A stretch of 64,000 nt of DNA from Chiloscyllium plagiosum (Eukaryota). Both the position numbers and the translations under genes were made by a program. The notes beneath the pieces are model-generated. The model was given only the letters and a program-made list of their open reading frames with translations, was not told the origin of the DNA and made no database searches. This document shows, piece after piece, positions 60,703-64,000 of the stretch (positions are counted from its first letter, which is position 1; the number at the start of each line of letters is the position of its first letter). The stretch lies in contig NC_057720.1 in the NCBI RefSeq assembly GCF_004010195.1, forward strand, positions 9,217,164 to 9,281,163. The letters run 5' to 3'.

Positions 60703-62574
60703 TGTAATGGACGAGACCAAACTCCCTCCAAAATATAGTAAGGAGATAGCCCAGACCCTAATCTTTATTTTTATTGAAAGACAAATGTAAGGCACTGTGT
60801 TCCAGGTATGATTCGACTGGTCCACCACTAGCTTTAATGAAAACGTACTTTACTCTTACAACACAGTTAAATTATAAATGAAAATAAGATCTAGCCAAAC
60901 TTTAACTCGATTGAAGTACTTAACAAGATAATATATGATTTAACCACTAATCATCAACTACTCCAACACAGGCTGCATCCTACAAACACAGCCCGGGGAA
61001 GGTAATTTAACAAAACAGTTTTATTCTCATGTGCTGCCTTTCTTCAGTCCAGCACAAAAAAGTGCTGAAAGAAAACTCTGGGCCCTCTAGGACTTCAGCA
61101 GCAAAGAGAGGAATTTCTGCCTATTAATTCTGTCATCCAGCTAGCTCAAGATCAAAACTGAAAGCAAAACCCAAAGCCCCTTGCTTCTGTGTGAGCCTGA
61201 CCCCATCCACTCGTGCTTCTTTTAGCTAACTTAATAAAACCCAAAGCAATTCACTCTGCTTGCCTGGAGTGGACATATCATTGCCAGGGTAACAACACCT
61301 CTCTGTGAGAGAAACAGGACAGAACACATGTCTTTTATTTCTTCATTCATGGAATGAGGGCATCTCTAGCTGAACCAGTATTTGTTTGCTATCCATGATT
61401 TCCCAAAAGAGCATTAAGAGTCAACTACATTGCTGTAGATCTGGAGTCACATGTAGAACAGAACAGGTAAGGAGACTGGATTTCCTTCCCTAACTGACTT
61501 TGGTGAGCCAGATGAGTTTTTCTGACAATCAACAATGGACGCTTATTGAATTCAAATTCCACCATCTGCCATGACAATTGACAATGGTTTCATGGTCCTT
61601 ATTAGATTCTTAGCTCCAGATTCTTAATTGATCTACCATGGCAGGATTTGAACTCAGATCTCCAAAACACTAACTGCTTAATAGCTGATCTGAATTAATA
61701 GCTTAGCGATAACGCCATTGCCACCCACACCCAGCCCCCACCCCGCCCCCAAAGTGACACAGTTGCAACAAAACTGGAGATCAGGAGTCCCCAGCATGCT
61801 CGCTGTCTTGAAGCAGTGCTGACTCCCATTGTCTGAATCAAATGAGATAAATAGGTGATGACCACATCCCTCATGGTGAGTGCAAGGGGGACTTCTCACT
61901 GCTGACTGGAATAAAAGCTGCCAGAAAAGATGTGGAAAAAATAGAGGGTAAAAACATGCCCGGTGAAGGAAAAACAGAGCCCACTGGAAGAAAAAGACAT
62001 CAGTCAGTCTCGGATCAATGCCATTCCTGTGTGCCACTCACAGAAGGAACCACCATCAGCCAGTCTCTGCCAGCCACAGTCAATGATATTCGATCCAGAG
62101 GCGACATACGCTCCAAATACAGACCTGCCCAGATAGAAAGGAGGCGACAATAGGGAGATATAGGGATTCACTAGCATTTCAGACTATTGAAAGGGAATAA
62201 AGTGAACAATCTAGGGTTTCTGCTAATCACAACTACATATTTGCAGCCAACAAACAATATGATTAAATGATGTAATCATGTGTATTAGTTTGAATATGAT
62301 TGGATAGTATAATTGCACATGCTAACTGGAATGTGAGCTATCGAATGCATTTGGGTAGAGCTATGGGCAACTAGTTGAGTAGTGTTTTGGTTGGGAATTA
62401 TTATTAACAGAAATATTTGATTGGAAGCTTGTTATCAGTAAAAACAATACAAAACCTTTGTTTTTGTGGCAGGAACTTGAGCTCTACACCATGCTCTTAA
62501 AGTGTAAACCTCCAATGCACGCAGGAATAAATGTTGAAACAAAGAAACCTGAGTCTCCTCTGGTCTAAGAGGAA

Positions 62575-62915
62575 ATAGAGTCATAGGTCATACATCATGG
62601 AAATAGACTCAATAGTCCAATCAGTCCATGCTGACCCTCAACCCAAACTAAACCAGTCCCACCTGCCTGCGCTTGGCCATATCCCTCCAAACATTTCTAA
62701 TTCATGAACGTATCCTAATGTCTTTTAAATGTTGTAACTGTACCTATATCCACCACTTCCTCTGGAAGTTCATTCCACAGACAAACCACTCTCTGTGTTA
62801 AAAAAATTCCCCTCTTTTTTTTAATCTTTGTCCTTTCACCTTAAAAAATGCCCTCTGGTCTTGAAAGTCCCCACCTTTGGGAAAAGACACCTGCCATTCA
62901 CCTAATCTATATCTA
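62575..62915 (-). mobile_element. CR1/HER1 3' fragment
   Basis: AGAGTCATAGGTCATA tail. CCACCACTTCCTCTGGAAGTTCATTCCAC is the reverse of VWNELPEEVV. Confidence 0.85.
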
Positions 62916-63019
62916 GAGTGAAATGCACTCTTTCAGTAGCAGAGAACACAATTGATAAAGAAAGGGGATAGCAAGTATACAAACTATACATTACAAATAT
63001 ATATTGCGAACACAAATGA

Positions 63020-64000
63020 GCAACTTCCTCGTCTTCAGTCCAGCTCCAATGCATCTCGTCCACATCCCGCACCTCCGCCCTCAAATCCCACCCCTCCAAC
63101 CCCTCCAAGGATAGAACCCCGCCCTGGTCCTCACCTTCCACCCTACCAACCTTCGCATAAACTGCACCATCTGCCAACATTTCCGCTACCTCCAAACGGA
63201 TCCCACCACCAGGGATATATTTCCCTTCCTACCCCTTTACACCTTCTGCAAAGACCATTCCCTCCGTGACTACCTGGTCAGGTCCACGCCCCCCAACAAC
63301 CCACCCTCCCGTCCTGGCACCCTCCCCTGCCACCGCAAGAATTGCAAAACATGCGCCTGCACCTCCTCCCTCACCACTATCCAAGACCTCAAAGGAGCCT
63401 TCCACATCCATCAAAATATCACCTGTACATCCACCAATGTAATTTATTGTATCCGTCGCTCCCGGTGCGGTCTCCTCTACAGTGGGGAGACTGGACGACT
63501 CCTAGCAGAGCGCTTTAGGGAACATCTCCGGGACACCCACACCAATCAACTCCACCACCCTGTGGCCCAACATTTCAACTCCCCCTCCCACTCTGCCGAG
63601 GACATGGAGGTCCTGAGCCTCCTCCACCGCCGCTCCATCACCACCCGACGTCTGGAGGAAGAAAGTTGCATATTAGTCAGAGGGAAATGGGCCTGGGTGG
63701 GTTACTCTTTGGAGGATCGGTGTGGACTCGTTGAGCCGAAGGGCCTGTTTCCACACTGTAGGGAATCTAATCTAATTTTAAAAAGCTTCATCTTCTGCCT
63801 CACTTCAACCCAGGGCACCAATGTAGACTTCACCAGTTTCCTCGTTTCCCCTCCCCCCACCTTACCCCAGTTCCAACCTTCCAGCTCGGCACTGTCCTCA
63901 TGACCTGCCCCCGAGACTTCCAGCCTCATTCCTGATGAAGGGCTTTTGCCCGAAACATTGATTTTGCTGCTCCTTGCATGTTGCCTGACCTGCTGTGCTT
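63020..64000 (+). mobile_element. Penelope-like element 3' part (GIY-YIG) with nested SINE tail and hammerhead at 63932-63959
   Basis: Encodes PGTLPCHRKNCKTC...TCTSTNVIYCIRRSRCGLLYSGETGRLLAERFREHL...VAQHFNSPSHS...RRLEEE, then CTGATGAAGGGCTTTTGCCCGAAACATT. Confidence 0.92.

Overview
This is repeat-dense, non-genic-looking vertebrate DNA, almost certainly from an elasmobranch (shark). The evidence is many HE1-type tRNA-derived SINEs with (AATCT)n tails and CR1/HER1-type LINEs. I cannot support any host protein-coding gene. Nearly all ORFs in the track are retroelement debris: CR1, Rex1/Babar, L1, Tx1, RTE, a decayed Gypsy LTR element and several Penelope-like elements (PLEs) with RT and GIY-YIG remnants. 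There is a 506-nt assembly gap at 51611-52116. The main signal is a large set of minimal type-I hammerhead ribozyme motifs (CTGANGA-stem II-GAAA-palindromic stem III-NUH) in the termini of at least 3-4 PLE families. Many of these termini occur as short (130-450 bp) non-coding insertions bounded by 10-15 bp target-site duplications (TSDs). They are often fold-back hairpins and are nested inside other repeats. In at least two copies the 5' end or hairpin apex falls at the predicted ribozyme cleavage site. All family assignments are by eye, and boundaries without a TSD are approximate.
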